From assembly GCA_905331295.1 (NCBI GenBank), contig CAJNYD010000459.1, positions 248,001 to 287,936 of the forward strand: a DNA stretch of 39,936 bases, given 5' to 3'. This stretch comes from Rotaria socialis. Taxonomy: Eukaryota. Below are positions 38,552 through 39,936 of the stretch, piece by piece. The notes beneath the pieces were generated by a model. The model saw only the letters and a program-made list of their open reading frames with translations, was not told the DNA's origin and did not search any database. Position numbers and translations under genes: made by a program. Position 1 is the first letter of the stretch. Every line of letters starts with the position of its first letter.

Positions 38552-38988
38552 TAGAGGTGGACCGTTGATTTTAATTTGAGTTAATTAAGAGAGTTAATTA
38601 AGTGGTTTTACTTAACACTTAATATTAAGAAAAAAACGTTTACATTAGCGACTTAATTGCTTAATATTAAGCGTTAACGCAATACTTAATTTTTAATATT
38701 AAGTGTTAACGAAACACTTAATTTTAAAAATTAAGTATTGCTAGAGCACTTAATATTAAGAAAAAAATGTGTAGATTACCCACTTAATTACTTAATATTA
38801 AGTGTTAAAGCAATACTTAATTTTAAAAATTAAGTGTTTCGTTTAACACTTAATATTAAAAATTAAGTATTGAGTTAACACTTAATATTAAGTAATTAAG
38901 TCGCTAATGTAAACGTTTTTTTCTTAATATTAAGTGTTAAGTTAAAACTTAACACTTAATATTAAATTAACGTAAAGTGCCACCCCTA
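38552..38988. mobile_element. Non-autonomous hAT-type element (437 bp) with a palindromic AT-rich interior
   Basis: Termini TAGAGGTGG and CCACCCCTA; perfect 8-bp TSD ATTCAGAT at 38544-38551 and 38989-38996; repeated CTTAATATTAAG palindromes; arms about 38611-38742 and 38809-38941 are inverted copies. Confidence 0.9.
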
Positions 38989-39308
38989 ATTCAGATGCTT
39001 TTTCTGCTCGTGCTACATACTTTGAAATAATCCTGTCTGGACCATTCTCATGGCAAATGAATAGCTTATATTAATCTTCTATTCAGATGTTTTAATCACT
39101 ATGACTTGATGATTTAAACGATGTTAATTTTTTCAATTTACATGACGAATAAATAGTTCATAATAAAATTGTGTTCAGATCTCTTGGTGTCTCTTTAGTT
39201 GAATGCATTGAATGACTTTCAGTTGCCAATTTTTACGAAAAATGACTAGTTCATAACAATCGTTTGTTCAGATATTTTCAAGGGGGAAACATCGTACTTT
39301 GACTCTTC

Positions 39309-39463
39309 AAAGTACAAAAGTACATCAAAGTATCGCAAAGTACTTGGAAGTACCTCGAACTACTTTAAAGTACTTTAAAGTATCACGAAGTACTTCAAAG
39401 TACTTCAAAGTACCACGAAGTACGTCAAAGTACCACGAAATACTTCAAAGTACCTCGAAGTAC
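39309..39463. repeat. 10-bp minisatellite, consensus TACTTCAAAG, about 15 units
   Basis: tacatcaaag tatcgcaaag tacttggaag tacctcgaac tactttaaag ... tacttcaaag tacctcgaag in strict 10-bp register. Confidence 0.9.
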
Positions 39464-39548
39464 AAGGAAATTATTTAAAGTAAATTATTCAAAATACTGA
39501 ATTGCCCAAAATTTCTTCTCGTTTCTTGCATTGATAATAAGAGTGTCT

Positions 39549-39700
39549 TCCCTAGACAAACATCTTGTAAGCAAGATCTTGGCGAAGATACAAGGTACAG
39601 ATATGTTAACAGATCTTGGAAATTCAGGTACAAGATAACTGTATTATCTTGTACCCAAGATTTAATTATAGATCTTACGTAAGAATCCATTAAATCTTGG
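39549..39700. repeat. Cluster of CAAGAT/ATCTTG inverted motifs, likely a subterminal repeat of a DNA transposon remnant
   Basis: catcttg, caagatcttg, agatcttg, gtacaagataa/ttatcttgtac, caagat and aatcttgg within 150 bp; begins with CCC. Confidence 0.45.
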
Positions 39701-39936
39701 ATGTACACTAAAATAATACCTGCTGCATTCTTTAATATTTTTTCAATTTATTTTCACTTCAATTATTCCTCTTCCGAACTCCAGCAAGTCAGATGTTGGG
39801 ATCTGACTGGCGATAAATTGGTCCGATATCCGTCGAACCAATTAGGGAAGTCCTCTCTCAATCATCGATCGAGATCAGCATTCTCTCGAATAATCGTGAA
39901 ATAGTTGAGAAAAAAATTTTTTGCAAATTTGTGTTT

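Noticed and set aside
39309..39463. Regular repeat with variable positions, superficially CRISPR-like
   Set aside because: Period is only 10 bp, there are no unique spacers and no cas genes, and the context is eukaryotic.
39787..39808. 8-bp hairpin as a Helitron 3' end or terminator
   Set aside because: Spacing to a CTRR end and the target context do not fit; rho-independent terminators are not relevant in this DNA.

Overview
AT-rich eukaryotic genomic DNA with GT-AG introns mostly 50-70 nt long. Intron size, composition, frequent CGT/CGA Arg codons and the repeat content suggest a bdelloid rotifer or similar invertebrate (inference, not demonstrated). Gene models assembled by hand, in order: 3' end of an NHL-repeat gene (+); 5' exons of a small unannotated gene facing it (-); two diverged tandem coiled-coil paralogues (+); a 21-exon SGSM1/2-type RUN-PH-TBC RabGAP (-) head-to-head with RABL2 (+); a class A peptide-type GPCR (-); about 11.7 kb without convincing coding sequence but with several MITE-like elements; a secreted amphipathic-helix precursor with a GRR site (-); an ENPP-family probable pseudoenzyme (+); a small protein with a partial Kunitz motif (+); a hAT MITE with an 8-bp TSD and short tandem repeats. 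The most notable observation is an 885-nt same-strand coding exon with a PH-like C-terminus inside the last RABL2 intron. It can splice in frame to RABL2, giving a RABL2-PH isoform, or be a nested gene. No prokaryotic systems, CRISPR arrays, rRNA or tRNA were seen. All models are manual and unvalidated by transcripts or database searches.
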